DNA of 64,000 bases from Octopus bimaculoides (taxonomy: Eukaryota), in assembly GCF_001194135.2 (NCBI RefSeq), contig NC_068986.1, positions 37,302,485-37,366,484 of the forward strand, read 5' to 3'. A model generated the notes under the pieces. The model worked only from the letters and a program-made list of their open reading frames with translations, did no database searches and was not told the DNA's origin. The translations under genes and the position numbers were made by a program. The first letter of the stretch is position 1. Each line of letters starts with the position of its first letter. Below are positions 50,386-64,000 of this stretch, one piece after another.

Positions 50386-51180
50386 TACGAGGAGGGACCC
50401 AAAAGAAACCTGAATTTTGCAATATTATTTCATTCACTTAGCTTTACCTAGGTACATGTTTACACTTTTATCACCGTCAAAGTATCCTCTATTTGAAGCA
50501 ATGCATCGGTTTTCCAGACGCATTTTCCATTGTTCGAAGCAGTCCTGGAAGTTTTACGAAGTGATGCCTTTTAACCCCTCCGTCATGTTTTTTTCTTCAC
50601 CTTTTCCACATCTGCAAAATGCTTTTCTTTAAGGACAGTTTTCATTCGGGGGAACAAAAAAAGAAAAGTCGCAGGGAGCAAGATCGAGTGAATAGGGAGG
50701 GTGGGTAAGCGGAGTCCTGCTATTTTTGGTCAAAAACTGTCTCATCTCCAAGGTGGTGTGCGCATGCGCATTGCCGGGATGAAACCACCACTTTCCACTT
50801 TTCCACAGGTCATGGCATTTTCATCTCACCGCGTCTCGCAAACGCTTCAGAACTGACAAGCAAAATGTCTAGTTAACAGTTTGACCAAGGGGAACAAATT
50901 CTGTGAGAACAATTCCTTTCGCATCGATGAGACAAACCAGTATCGTCTTGACATTGGAATTCAACTTGAACGTGATTTTTGGGGGCGTGGTAACATTGAA
51001 TGCTTCCATTGACTTGATTGCCGCTTCGTTTCCGGCTCGTAGCCATAGCTTTCGTCACCAGTGATGACTTTCGAAAAAGGTCCGTCAGTTGTTCGGCGAC
51101 GGTCCTCGAAGATTAGTTCACGAATTTTCGTGATGTTTTCATTCGTTCGGAAGTCGCCCTGGACGAGGTTGGTCTTCAAG
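50386..51180 (-). mobile_element. Mariner transposon, 3' two-thirds with right TIR (decayed)
   Basis: Minus strand: KVITGDESYGYEPETKRQSSQW, GIVLTEFVPLGQTVN, HPPYSLDLAPCDF (YSPDLAP.D motif); ends at the TA-CGAGG terminus at 50386. Confidence 0.92.
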
Positions 51181-51181
51181 C

Positions 51182-51246
<65 letters not shown>

Positions 51247-51605
51247 TAATAATAATAGTTTCAAATTTTGCTACAAGGGCNNNNNNNNNNNNNNNNNNNN
51301 NNNNNNNNNNNNNNNNNNNNNNNNNNNNNNNNNNNNNNNNNNNNNNNNNNNNNNNNNNNNNNNNNNNNNNNNNNNNNNNNNNNNNNNNNNNNNNNNNNNN
51401 NNNNNNNNNNNNNNNNNNNNNNNNNNNNNNNNNNNNNNNNNNNNNNNNNNNNNNNNNNNNNNNNNNNNNNNNNNNNNNNNNNNNNNNNNNNNNNNNNNNN
51501 NNNNNNNNNNNNNNNNNNNNNNNNNNNNNNNNNNNNNNNNNNNNNNNNNNNNNNNNNNNNNNNNNNNNNNNNNNNNNNNNNNNNNNNNNNNNNNNNTCTT
51601 CAAGC

Positions 51606-51670
<65 letters not shown>

Positions 51671-51859
51671 TTGCAAACATAGAAATCTACAAGTTTGTTT
51701 TTAAACTCAGTACATTACTGTTACTTAATGATGCGAAACGATAAAAAAAAACATGAAGATAACCCCTATTTTTGTAATCAAAATTGTTATAATCTTAATG
51801 CTTTTATTAAGTTCAATGACTTAAAAGACTTCAGCAACAACAATATTGTTAACTTTGAG

Positions 51860-52390
51860 AACAGAAGAACAAAACTCAACGAAGTTAGACGACTCTTGTC
51901 TCCATACGTCTCTCATGTCAAGCACAGAAAGTTCGTTGTCAGTCTACTCGTTGGCAGCGAGTATAAATAATCATTCTTTCTCCCAGTCAACGTTCTACGA
52001 ATTTTGTAATACAGTGTTCATTCATGCAGCAGCCACCATCATTCTTCCTTTTGTGGTTAAAAGCATTATCATTGTCACTCCTAATCTCACACACTCCTTC
52101 ATAGATAATACAGTTCTTCACTTCTGTTTGTCCTCCCACGTGCAGACTTCATCCAGACGTAATCAAAACATCTCAACGCAAGAATTACTCTGCTTCCGTG
52201 AAGACATCCCGAAAGAAAGCATTTTGTGGGTGTTTGACCGCTTTGTCGTCTTTAACAATTCCATGGTAGTTTATAACACTGTGTAACACGACTTTTGTCC
52301 TTCAGTAGAAACTGTTATTTCCTATTTGCTTACCCCTAGAAAGTATAAAGAATGGTTAATATCTCCTTCAAACTCCGCTTTTGTTACATT
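51860..52390 (-). mobile_element. Degenerate repeat, probably the 5' part of a mariner-derived element
   Basis: EITVSTEGQKSC and GQTPTK pieces resemble a mariner N-terminus; heavily broken. Confidence 0.35.
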
Positions 52391-53529
52391 TATTCAAACC
52401 CTAAAGAATCCCTCGCATCACATGACTATATTGCTCCCTCACGATTCCTGCTCATGATCAGAGATGTGCATACTGTCAGCCACTAAGGGACATGCTCAAG
52501 TGGTTAGGGTCAAGCGACTGACAAAGAAATCTGTGGTATTGAGCAGAATATTTGGTATAACGATATTTCTGCTCCAGCAACTCGGCGCTGAATCTGTCTG
52601 AAATGTAATGAAAAAAAAGGTCGGTTTCAAAACATTGATGCCCAGGACATAAAAGCAAAGTTTGAAGGGAATAGTTGGCATTTCGTTTGATTTTTAGATA
52701 GAAGCAAATAGGAAGTAATACTTACTAAATGAAGACGAATAAATAAATATATAAATTAAATTAAAATTTTGTTACACATGGGACGTAATTCACTCACTGA
52801 GAGCAGAGATACGCTGCATCCACTTTATGCACGATCAGCACACAACGGAAAAACCTTGGAATTCGCCACAAATCTGTGATAATACTTCTTTGGCGATGCC
52901 CGCGACTAATACACACACACACAAACAAAATTCTTGACAACATATTATAAAGAGCTTTCAATCAACGACTTTCAGATAAACTCAGATAAACACAGATAAA
53001 TTCGCTACCACTATATGCTTAAGGAAACACTGTTTCCTCTCTATACATCTCTAATGCCGCAACTACATCAGTCATTTTCTAAGCTATGTGGCTACATTTC
53101 AACTTATCATAATTCTACCAGATACATGCGCCTCTCTCTCTTCCTACCATCTTTAAAACATCTTATCACAATATTCACTCTGCTTCCACTGCTCAGTAAA
53201 TCTTCTCTAGAACACTAGTGCCCTGGTATTGCTTCTATGTCATCAATGCCTCTACAGACACCAAGCTCTTCACGTAGTTCCACAGACAATAAAGAAATTG
53301 GAAGTAAAGAAGACAATATTTTGCATTAAAACAACCATACTGAAACGTGTGGGTTTTGTTTATTTACAGTTTAATCACAGATGGAGAAGCAATACCTGTG
53401 ATCTTATTTACAAGAACCACCAAGGTTTGTGGAAGGAAATGGAGGAATTTATTCTTAACTAGAATTCTGATCCGAATGCTGGCAGCAGAATGAACTGCCT
53501 TAAAGATTTCCAATGAGTAGAAGCTGTCT

Positions 53530-53645
53530 CTTTTGATACCAACCTGTTTGAGACCGAGCCTGGTTGTACCGTACAAACTTCCTTCTTAAAGTGAGCTAAA
53601 TAAAAAAATTTCCATTAAAATTTCATGTTGATACATGTTCCAAAT
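53530..53645. mobile_element. Fragment of the TTAA MITE family seen at 6924-7153 (opposite orientation)
   Basis: ttttgataccaacctg...aaaatttcatgttgatacatgttccaaat is the reverse-complement homolog of 7033-7145. Confidence 0.6.
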
Positions 53646-54140
53646 ATTCCGTCGAGGTTGACTTTGCCTTTTATCCTTTCGATGTCGATAAAATAAGTAC
53701 CAGTTGAGCACAGGGGATCAATGTAATCGACTTACCACCTACCTCGGAATTGCTGACCTTGTGCCAAAATTTGAAATCGATATATGTTCCAAATATCATC
53801 CTATCAATAACAGAAGTTATTCTGGTAAATTCTTTATCATTATGATACGGTGTAATTCAAGGGAAATATGGTAACAAAGGGGTTGATCCGAGTGATAGAT
53901 GAAGTCTACTATCCCAAGCACTCAGAACAGAAAAATGCAGGACAAATATCGCAAGACATCTCATCTGGCCCTCACAATTCCGCCAATCCATCATTCAGGA
54001 CCGATGCTTTATTTTATCTCCTAGGAAAGGATGAAAGATAAAGTTGACTTCGACGGGAATTGAACTCGGATCTCAGACATCCGGATCAAATACCATAATG
54101 CATTTCATTATACGATCTAACGACTCTGCCGATTCGCCAC
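53640..54140. mobile_element. Convergent pair of SINE-B copies (plus ~53640-53780, minus ~54008-54140)
   Basis: gaggttgactttgccttttatcctttcgatgtcgataaaataagtaccag versus ttattttatctcctaggaaaggatgaaagataaagttgacttcgacgg. Confidence 0.75.
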
Positions 54141-54599
54141 TCAAAGTCATATGAAATGAATGTTGCCAACTTGGTAGTCTCGCCACACAAGGAAAATACC
54201 ACGTGCAAACGATGATATATGTGAATTTGCTTATGTGGTATTTTCCGGACATTTACAGGGTATCCTAACTTCTGATCCGTAACACGATCTAAAGTAGTTG
54301 TTGCAAGTGCTGACATTTCCGCAACAATTTGATGAATTGTTAGCTGATGAGGCTTACGGTTAGTTATTGGGTTCATAGAAGACTATCTTGTCAATCATAG
54401 AGACGAAAGGCAAAGGAAATAGTAGTAGGTGGGATTGGAACTCAGAAAATGACGGCAATGAAATTTTGGTTCTATCGTTGTCTCTGTTGCTTGTATTTTT
54501 TTTTTGTGCCTGATTGTTGTTTACGTAAAAAGTACAGCTGAACTTGCTAATATCAAACAGAGGCACGTATGTATACTATACGTATATGCATGTGTGTGC

Positions 54600-54649
<50 letters not shown>

Positions 54650-55719
54650 NNNNNNNNNNNNNNNNNNNNNNNNNNNNNNNNNNNNNNNNNNNNNNNNNNN
54701 NNNNNNNNNNNNNNNNNNNNNNNNNNNNNNNNNNNNNNNNNNNNNNNNNNNNNNNNNNNNNNNNNNNNNNNNNNNNNNNNNNNNNNNNNNNNNNNNNNNN
54801 NNNNNNNNNNNNNNNNNNNNNNNNNNNNNNNNNNNNNNNNNNNNNNNNNNNNNNNNNNNNNNNNNNNNNNNNNNNNNNNNNNNNNNNNNNNNNNNNNNNN
54901 NNNNNNNNNNNNNNNNNNNNNNNNNNNNNNNNNNNNNNNNNNNNNNNNNNNNNNNNNNNNNNNNNNNNNNNNNNNNNNNNNNNNNNNNNNNNNNNNNNNN
55001 NNNNNNNNNNNNNNNNNNNNNNNNNNNNNNNNNNNNNNNNNNNNNNNNNNNNNNNNNNNNNNNNNNNNNNNNNNNNNNNNNNNNNNNNNNNNNNNNNNNN
55101 NNNNNNNNNNNNNNNNNNNNNNNNNNNNNNNNNNNNNNNNNNNNNNNNNNNNNNNNNNNNNNNNNNNNNNNNNNNNNNNNNNNNNNNNNNNNNNNNNNNN
55201 NNNNNNNNNNNNNNNNNNNNNNNNNNNNNNNNNNNNNNNNNNNNNNNNNNNNNNNNNNNNNNNNNNNNNNNNNNNNNNNNNNNNNNNNNNNNNNNNNNNN
55301 NNNNNNNNNNNNNNNNNNNNNNNNNNNNNNNNNNNNNNNNNNNNNNNNNNNNNNNNNNNNNNNNNNNNNNNNNNNNNNNNNNNNNNNNNNNNNNNNNNNN
55401 NNNNNNNNNNNNNNNNNNNNNNNNNNNNNNNNNNNNNNNNNNNNNNNNNNNNNNNNNNNNNNNNNNNNNNNNNNNNNNNNNNNNNNNNNNNNNNNNNNNN
55501 NNNNNNNNNNNNNNNNNNNNNNNNNNNNNNNNNNNNNNNNNNNNNNNNNNNNNNNNNNNNNNNNNNNNNNNNNNNNNNNNNNNNNNNNNNNNNNNNNNNN
55601 NNNNNNNNNNNNNNNNNNNNNNNNNNNNNNNNNNTCAAGAAACACATTCGCGTCCATAGAACATGATTACCGCTTTACTTTATTGTACTATCATTTGTCG
55701 ATCGCGACGAGAGAACCCA

Positions 55720-55808
<89 letters not shown>

Positions 55809-55897
55809 TAGAGAGAGAAAATTTCAATCAAATGATCTTATAAAAGTTATCTCCCTTATAAGGGATTTGTCGTAGGTGACTCGCTTTTTTTTTCAAG

Positions 55898-55898
<1 letters not shown>

Positions 55899-55947
<49 letters not shown>

Positions 55948-55958
55948 TAATAATAATA

Positions 55959-55996
<38 letters not shown>

Positions 55997-56085
55997 CATT
56001 ATTGTTGTTGTTATTATTATTATTAGTAGTAGTAGTAGTAGTAGTAGTTGTCGTAGCAGCAGCAGCAGCAGTAGTAGTAGTGGTA

Positions 56086-56118
<33 letters not shown>

Positions 56119-56122
56119 GTAT
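55899..56122. repeat. Compound triplet microsatellite (AAT)n(ATT)n(GTT)(AGT)n(AGC)n(AGT/GGT)n
   Basis: Direct reading. Confidence 0.95.
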
Positions 56123-56814
56123 CATATCTGCGTAATGCATGAGCCTCAGTTTAACAGTTAGGTATACCATATACCCTATATATATATATATATCTTCGTG
56201 CGATACGTTTGTATTGTAAATGTGTTTATGATCGCGAAAGTGCTGAGACCAAACGCCCCAGCTGCTTGAAGGAAATGCTAAGATACGAATGCCTCCCTGC
56301 TCGAAAGCTACATAAATTATTTCAAAGAAACATGACAAATGAGGATAAAAATTGAAAAACAAATAAAATAAACTCACAAAATTTCTTAAGTTACGAAGTA
56401 AAAACTATTCGATACTTTAAAGAATATTTGCCTGTTCTTTTTTCAGCCATTTTTTTTTTTTGATACGGTAATCTGAGGATTTTGATAAGTTCACGTGAAA
56501 TATTAATGTTGTTTGTAATTTGATAGCATAAAACTTAATTAGAAGTTTATTGTAATTCAGAGAGAGTTCCTTTTCTTTCGTACTACATTCAATCATTAGG
56601 GTGTGGCTATATCGGGGCCTCCGCTTCTATGTCTATTTTTTTCATTGTCGAACTTATTGCATTACCCCACAACATATTTCGGTTTCCTAACCATTTTATC
56701 TGTCTCTGTTTATCGAAACGCTATGTTCTGAGATATAGAGACAGAACTCAATGCAAAGTTCAACAGCGGTTTACTCTCAGACATAAACACAAACATATAT
56801 ATGAATATATGTAT

Positions 56815-56893
<79 letters not shown>

Positions 56894-59077
56894 NNNNNNN
56901 NNNNNNNNNNNNNNNNNNNNNNNNNNNNNNNNNNNNNNNNNNNNNNNNNNNNNNNNNNNNNNNNNNNNNNNNNNNNNNNNNNNNNNNNNNNNNNNNNNNN
57001 NNNNNNNNNNNNNNNNNNNNNNNNNNNNNNNNNNNNNNNNNNNNNNNNNNNNNNNNNNNNNNNNNNNNNNNNNNNNNNNNNNNNNNNNNNNNNNNNNNNN
57101 NNNNNNNNNNNNNNNNNNNNNNNNNNNNNNNNNNNNNNNNNNNNNNNNNNNNNNNNNNNNNNNNNNNNNNNNNNNNNNNNNNNNNNNNNNNNNNNNNNNN
57201 NNNNNNNNNNNNNNNNNNNNNNNNNNNNNNNNNNNNNNNNNNNNNNNNNNNNNNNNNNNNNNNNNNNNNNNNNNNNNNNNNNNNNNNNNNNNNNNNNNNN
57301 NNNNNNNNNNNNNNNNNNNNNNNNNNNNNNNNNNNNNNNNNNNNNNNNNNNNNNNNNNNNNNNNNNNNNNNNNNNNNNNNNNNNNNNNNNNNNNNNNNNN
57401 NNNNNNNNNNNNNNNNNNNNNNNNNNNNNNNNNNNNNNNNNNNNNNNNNNNNNNNNNNNNNNNNNNNNNNNNNNNNNNNNNNNNNNNNNNNNNNNNNNNN
57501 NNNNNNNNNNNNNNNNNNNNNNNNNNNNNNNNNNNNNNNNNNNNNNNNNNNNNNNNNNNNNNNNNNNNNNNNNNNNNNNNNNNNNNNNNNNNNNNNNNNN
57601 NNNNNNNNNNNNNNNNNNNNNNNNNNNNNNNNNNNNNNNNNNNNNNNNNNNNNNNNNNNNNNNNNNNNNNNNNNNNNNNNNNNNNNNNNNNNNNNNNNNN
57701 NNNNNNNNNNNNNNNNNNNNNNNNNNNNNNNNNNNNNNNNNNNNNNNNNNNNNNNNNNNNNNNNNNNNNNNNNNNNNNNNNNNNNNNNNNNNNNNNNNNN
57801 NNNNNNNNNNNNNNNNNNNNNNNNNNNNNNNNNNNNNNNNNNNNNNNNNNNNNNNNNNNNNNNNATTTATTTATTTATTTATTTGTTTATTTCGAGGCTT
57901 TTCTTTGCAAGCACAAAAATACAAATATGAATTATAATATCTGATAATTTATCAAATAGTTTTCTCAGTAACTTTCTCCTTATAGGTATAGTGTTTATGG
58001 TTGTTGTTGTTGCTATTGTTGCTGTTGTTGCCGTTGATGTTGTTGTTATGTTTATGCGTGAGAGCATGTACGTATGTCCGTGCGTACTTTCATTTATGCA
58101 TACAGCTGTTTATAACTAACTCTTAAGTAGAACAAAACACTTCGAAACAATAAGGAAAAGGAAGCTGGTGTAGATATCTTGGTCTAACTCGGTGATAATT
58201 GCATAGGAAATTGGGACCTTGTCATAATTGGCTTCGAAATGTCGCCATTGTAGAGGAAAGGATCAGTATTATGACCGAGAAATGATGTGTGGGAGGTAAG
58301 AAAGAGTATTAAAATAAAAATGTCTTTAAGATCTGTTATGGGAGAATCCTGAACAATCCCACGTGACTGAAGATGGACTAACCGATTAGAGTAAATAAGA
58401 ACTGAGTGAACTGTCAAGGGGGTAGTTGATGTTGTTAGTTTAACAGTCGATAGTTGAACAGTGAATACTGAGTATCGTACCTACGTTCGAGTAGTACAGA
58501 GTGCATCCTGTGTTAACATATTTTTCTGCGATAGGTAAAGACCTGTTAGAGATCAGAAAAATATAGTCTGTATAACCACGAGCGAGCTATAGTTTGTCAA
58601 AGCATTTTCATAAGTTTGTACTAAACGTCCATGTCTGTTCTCAAATTTTTAATTAGTCCTTGTTTATAACGTTCTGAGCTATATAAAGTTTTCCATTCAT
58701 AAGTCCCAAGCTATTCAGGTGGTTGAAAACAAATTGAGAATGCATATCATATATGATACATAGACGCCAGGGGAAACTGTCCTTTGTATCACATGTAACA
58801 TACAAAACAGGCAAAGAGTTAAATTTTGACTAGATTTTAATCTTACGTTGTTATGTTCTCAGTCAAACGTCTTAAAACTGAAATGATCCCGTATATTTGT
58901 ATGTGAATACCTATGATATGGTAAGCAGTGGAAACAATGGAAATTTCATGAGAGATGTGTTGAATGGATGTCATTCAAATGTTCCTGGAGTTATAATTTC
59001 AAACTGTGCATGTATGTATGTATGTATGTATGTATGTATGTATGTATGTATGTATGCATACATGTTTATATGCATGG

Positions 59078-59117
<40 letters not shown>

Positions 59118-59857
59118 GTCTGTCTGTCTGTCTATTTATCTCTCTATCTCTCCAGCTCCCTATCTATTTATCTATTTGTCTGTCTGTTTGTCCGTCTGTC
59201 TATCTACCTATCTATCTACATAGATGCTCTCCTCTAGATACTTAAATTTATTTAGCCATCGCGACAAAGCCCACGCTGTAACTATAACCTCTATATGTGC
59301 ATATACATATTAATATCTNNNNNNNNNNNNNNNNNNNNNNNNNNNNNNNNNNNNNNNNNNNNNNNNNNNNNNNNNNNNNNNNNNNNNNNNNNNNNNNNNN
59401 NNNNNNNNNNNNNNNNNNNNNNNNNNNNNNNNNNNNNNNNNNNNNNNNNNNNNNNNNNNNNNNNNNNNNNNNNNNNNNNNNNNNNNNNNNNNNNNNNNNN
59501 NNNNNNNNNNNNNNNNNNNNNNNNNNNNNNNNNNNNNNNNNNNNNNNNNNNNNNNNNNNNNNNNNNNNNNNNNNNNNNNNNNNNNNNNNNNNNNNNNNNN
59601 NNNNNNNNNNNNNNNNNNNNNNNNNNNNNNNNNNNNNNNNNNNNNNNNNNNNNNNNNNNNNNNNNNNNNNNNNNNNNNNNNNNNNNNNNNNNNNNNNNNN
59701 NNNNNNNNNNNNNNNNNNNNNNNNNNNNNNNNNNNNNNNNNNNNNNNNNNNNNNNNNNNNNNNNNNNNNNNNNNNNNNNNNNNNNNNNNNNNNNNNNNNN
59801 NNNNNNNNNNNNNNNNNNNNNNNNNNNNNNNNNNNNNNNNNNNNNNNNNNNNNNNNN

Positions 59858-59923
<66 letters not shown>

Positions 59924-60404
59924 GTGCCACAGCTGTGTATTGAATTAGACATCTCTGAATAAAATAACTTCAAGCTGATCCATGCCAGCAGTCTTACAAA
60001 ACATATGTGATTGTGCTAAGTACTCCCATTTATTTGACGTATCAATTCCATTGCAAACTTATGTCTTTCCTCTACATTTGATTCTCTCACCCTTTAATAA
60101 CTGAGCGCCTCCTTTCAACAGACGACGCTTTACAAACGTCCTCGTCGCATGTTTTACAATAAATTAAAAAATACAGCACTTCATATGACTCGAACAGAGA
60201 GAAATGTTACGTTGTGGTTTATTATCCGTATTTTTATACATCATTACATCCATTATGCATCTCTTTTCGGATTTTAGCGTGGATTAATGTACCCCTGTGG
60301 TGAAAGGAAACGTTAACCCCAATGAGATTTTAACTTGGAATGTAAATAACATTAATAAAAACAGCAAGGTATTTTTCGACGCTCTAACGTTTCTGCCAGG
60401 ATGA

Positions 60405-61150
60405 CATATACAATGAAATAATATTGGTTTCAAATTTAAGCACAAGGGCAGAAATTTTTGGAGAAGAGGTAAATTGATTAAATGAAACCCTGTGTTCAAA
60501 TGGTACCTTTTCTAACGACCCCGAACGGATGAAAGCATGGTCAGCTCTGGCGGCATTTGAACTCAGAATGTGAAGTGGGAAGAAATGCCGCTAAGCATAA
60601 TTGTTCGGCGCAGTAACGATTCTGCCAGCTCGTCGCTTTATATAAAGAAATGACATTGAATTTTGGCACAACCATCAGTTAGGATTCTGTTTACTGAAAA
60701 CCCAGTGACACATTAATCTTTTCTATTATAAGCACAAGGCCTGAAATTTGGTGGAAAGGGGCCAGTCGATTAGATCGACCCAGTACGCAACTAGTACTTG
60801 AAAGGCAAAGTTGACCTCGGCGGAATTTGAACTAAGAACGTAAAGACAGACGAAACACCGCTAAGTATTTTGCCCGAATTGCTAACGATTGCAATGACTT
60901 AATATTTCAAGCCTGGCAAAGCTCTTTCTCAGAAAAGCGTATAAAAATTTATGTATTTTATTTGGTTTAAATATTCCATTTCGAAGAAAAATCATCACAT
61001 CTATAAACACCCACCATCCAACCAATTCGCTTAGACTTTACCTTTCATCCTTTCGGGACCGATAAAATAAGTACTTGTTGAATACTGGGGTGGATGTAAT
61101 TGATTTACAGCCACCCAGGAAATCGATGGTCTTCTACCTAAATTTGAAAC
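60405..61150. mobile_element. Three SINE-B copies: minus ~60405-60640, minus ~60720-60890, plus ~61020-61150
   Basis: Shared core ctttcatcctttcggg/gaaaggcaaag and B-box-like ttgaactcagaa. Confidence 0.85.
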
Positions 61151-61189
61151 ACAAGTGCATGCAGTACCTCGTGTCAGGTGTATAAGTGA

Positions 61190-61314
61190 TCGCAGAGCAA
61201 CGTGAGATGCAGTGTTTTACTCAAGAAAACAACGCACCATCCGCTCCAGGAATTGAAACCAGGATTTCGCGGATCTTGAGTGCCACACCCCAGCCAATAA
61301 GCCATGCGCCCTCA
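61190..61314 (-). mobile_element. SINE-D 5' part
   Basis: gagcaacgtgagatgcagtgttttactcaagaaaacaacg...ggaattgaaacc...catgcgccctcac. Confidence 0.75.
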
Positions 61315-61781
61315 CAACAACAATAATATTATCGGTTTCAAATTTGGGCACAAGGTCAGAGCAACAACAATAATATTCTTATAAATTGGTTAGCTGTTGC
61401 CTTTCCGCTAACGATATTGCTTAAGAGGTGAAACTAATTCCGAAGTGAGAAACTGTTGTCTAGGTTCTTTTATAATGAGAAACGTGTAACCTTTTGAGTA
61501 CTTTCGTTATGCCCTGTACGAAAATACATAAATGTAATATTAACCTTTATTAATATATCTTGATTCACTTGATTCACGTGTTACTAAAATAAAAGTTGTC
61601 TACTCTCATACATTATTGTACGTAGCCCAATATCTCGTAAACTTTGTTGCTTTCATTCACACTCTCAGACACATACAAACATACACACGAACTTACATAA
61701 AACATACATACATTCCTACATGCATCTGTGAGTGTGCGTACACTTGCACTTATACACACACACACACACACACACACATAC

Positions 61782-61814
<33 letters not shown>

Positions 61815-62151
61815 CGCATATACTAAGCTTTGCAAGTATATATGTATCATAATACATGCACATACGCACACACATACATATATAGATGTATGTATGTGCG
61901 TATGTGCATGTGTGCATGTGCGCATGTGTGTGTGTATATATATATATATACAGAGAGAGAGAGGGGGGGTTGTCGCCCAATGCAGTATCAGTGAAAGCTT
62001 GATGCTTTCATTTCCTGACCGGTAGAGTAGGGTTAGTAAGGTCAAAGATGAAGAACAAGTCTAAATATAGAGCACTGGTGGATGCGAACTGAAAATTAAA
62101 AGAAAATTATTAGCTGATATTCCTGGGTTAAAGTGTGAACTGAAAGGCGTA

Positions 62152-62518
<367 letters not shown>

Positions 62519-63463
62519 CGAGAATATTGTAATATGCTTATCCTTTAAATTGTTATATATATATATATATATATATATGTATGGCTTTGTGCGTATGATT
62601 GCATTTTAAGGACGATCTTTTTAAGAACGATTCATTTCCTTGCCATCTTCAAGACAGCATGGTTTCAGGAGATTCCAAACATTATTGTAATATACGGAAA
62701 ATCCCATTCTAAAGGGCCTTTAACTATCTATCAGACAAATACAAGTAGCTACTTAGACTCATCAAAAATAACTTAATGTTTAATAACATGGAATCTTGTC
62801 TGATTGCTTATATTTATTGTTATGGTCTTTCTGTTGTTGTGATTGTTGTAGCTGTTGTTGTTGTTGTTGATTAGCCAATGTGACCTCGTAATTTTTTAAT
62901 TGTTTGGAATTTTGAGAAATTTTTTGCGAATTTGCGTTCCACACACGAAAAATACGACTATGCAAAAACAAAAACAAAAACATCAAAATTTCGTGCGATT
63001 TAAGGAATATTTAGCTGTTATTTTTAGCACATTTCACGACTACCTCACACCATCTGACGTATTGATGTTTTGCAGTATCTTTCTATAGTATCATTTAATC
63101 GTCTATTGCTGGCATTTAAGCCAAAGATTCGTACTGTACGTATTTTTAACTATGATTTTAAAATGAAAAGAAAATTTTCAAATTACAAAAATTTTTTTAA
63201 TCTTTCCTTTTTTGTATAGTCGTATGAATTTCCGCATGTGTAGAACACAAATTCACAAAAATTTGAAAATTAAAATGAAATGAAATCAGTTGTGCTGTTT
63301 TATCAGTCTTTCAGAGCTCATATTGCACTGTAGTTCCAATATCTACCGTTAGACGTCGCTGTCGCTCGTGGTTCCTGCGATTGTTTTGAATTCAGATTTG
63401 TTTACGTCTGTTTATCGGCTACTTTCTCATTCTCATTCGAGCGTGACTTAATTTTTTGCCCCC

Positions 63464-63683
63464 ATGGCTCCTAAGAAAATTCATAGCGAAAGTACTAAGC
63501 GTCATGTTATATCGCTAGAGGATAAACTGGCTATGATAAAACACCATGAAAAAAGTGCAAAAGTGGTAGCAATTGCGCGATCTTTTGGGATGAGTCGGAC
63601 AACTGTATCGACGTTTGTACATAAGGACAAGATTTTAGCACATATCAAATCTGAAACCCCAGGGATGAAGAACACTGTTACCA
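63464..63683 (+). mobile_element. Tigger/pogo transposase N-terminal CENP-B/psq HTH, truncated
   Basis: MAPKKIHSESTKRHVISLEDKLAMIKHHEKSAKVVAIARSFGMSRTTVSTFVHKDKILAHIKS fits the Tigger kR..itle.K..ii...e.g...iar..gm..sTvstI HTH. Confidence 0.85.
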
Positions 63684-63788
63684 ATAGGTTTAGCCTAGAG
63701 ACAAGTGAATTCGGCCAGGCCTAGAGATAGGTTAATTCGACTTAAGTTGCGTCTCTTGGAATCAATTAACGACGTAGGGTGAGGTATG

Positions 63789-63845
<57 letters not shown>

Positions 63846-63856
63846 ATATATATATA

Positions 63857-64000
63857 GGCGCTGGAGTGGGTGTGTGGTAAGTAGCTTGCTGACCAGCCAC
63901 ATGGTTCCGGGTTCAGTCTTCTACTATAGCCTTGGGCCGACCAAAGCCTTGTGAATGGATTTGGTAGACGGAAACTGAAAGAAGCCTGTCGTATATATAT
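63857..64000 (+). mobile_element. SINE-A 5' part with a microhomology-bounded internal deletion; runs off the window
   Basis: ggcgctggagtgggtgtgtggtaagtagcttgc...ggttcagtc|ttctactatagcc lacks the ccactgcgtggcaccttgggcaagtgtc segment. Confidence 0.9.

Noticed and set aside
54344-54375. CTGATGA followed by ggcttacggtt
   Set aside because: No GAAA after the putative stem II and no stem I or III partners.
58254-58295. Possible micro-exon ag|...GKDQYYDREMMCG|gtaag
   Set aside because: Weak acceptor with no polypyrimidine tract, unrecognised peptide and no neighbouring exons.
58334-58519. Possible solo LTR (TGTTA...TAACA)
   Set aside because: No target-site duplication, no second copy and no PBS/PPT; 5-bp inverted ends arise by chance.

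Overview
Repeat-rich eukaryotic (animal) genomic DNA, most likely an octopus. This is inferred from the SINE families, the extreme microsatellite density and the 20 N-gaps, nearly all abutting microsatellites. I can support no intact host protein-coding gene, rRNA, true tRNA or CRISPR array; the long ORFs in the track are microsatellite or N-gap artefacts. The window appears intergenic or intronic. It contains: (i) many copies of four tRNA-headed SINE families, labelled here SINE-A to SINE-D; (ii) decayed non-LTR retrotransposons (RTE, R4/Dong-like and HERO-like restriction-endonuclease types); (iii) decayed DNA transposons (mariner, hAT, Tigger/pogo, a TTAA MITE); (iv) Penelope-like (PLE) terminal-repeat remnants. 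The most interesting signal is RNA-structural. Two canonical-core type I minimal hammerhead ribozymes lie at 25661-25730 and 41263-41325. Three copies of a hammerhead variant share a consistent A6->U core change (14319, 16415, 40706). A candidate pseudoknotted/permuted hammerhead lies in the 3' UTR of a HERO-like LINE (45592-45644). Also notable are a large fold-back PLE repeat, microsatellite-embedded RLE LINEs, and a periodic cluster of AGGTCA nuclear-receptor half-sites. Most repeat boundaries are approximate (by eye), and family names come from recalled motifs, not database searches.
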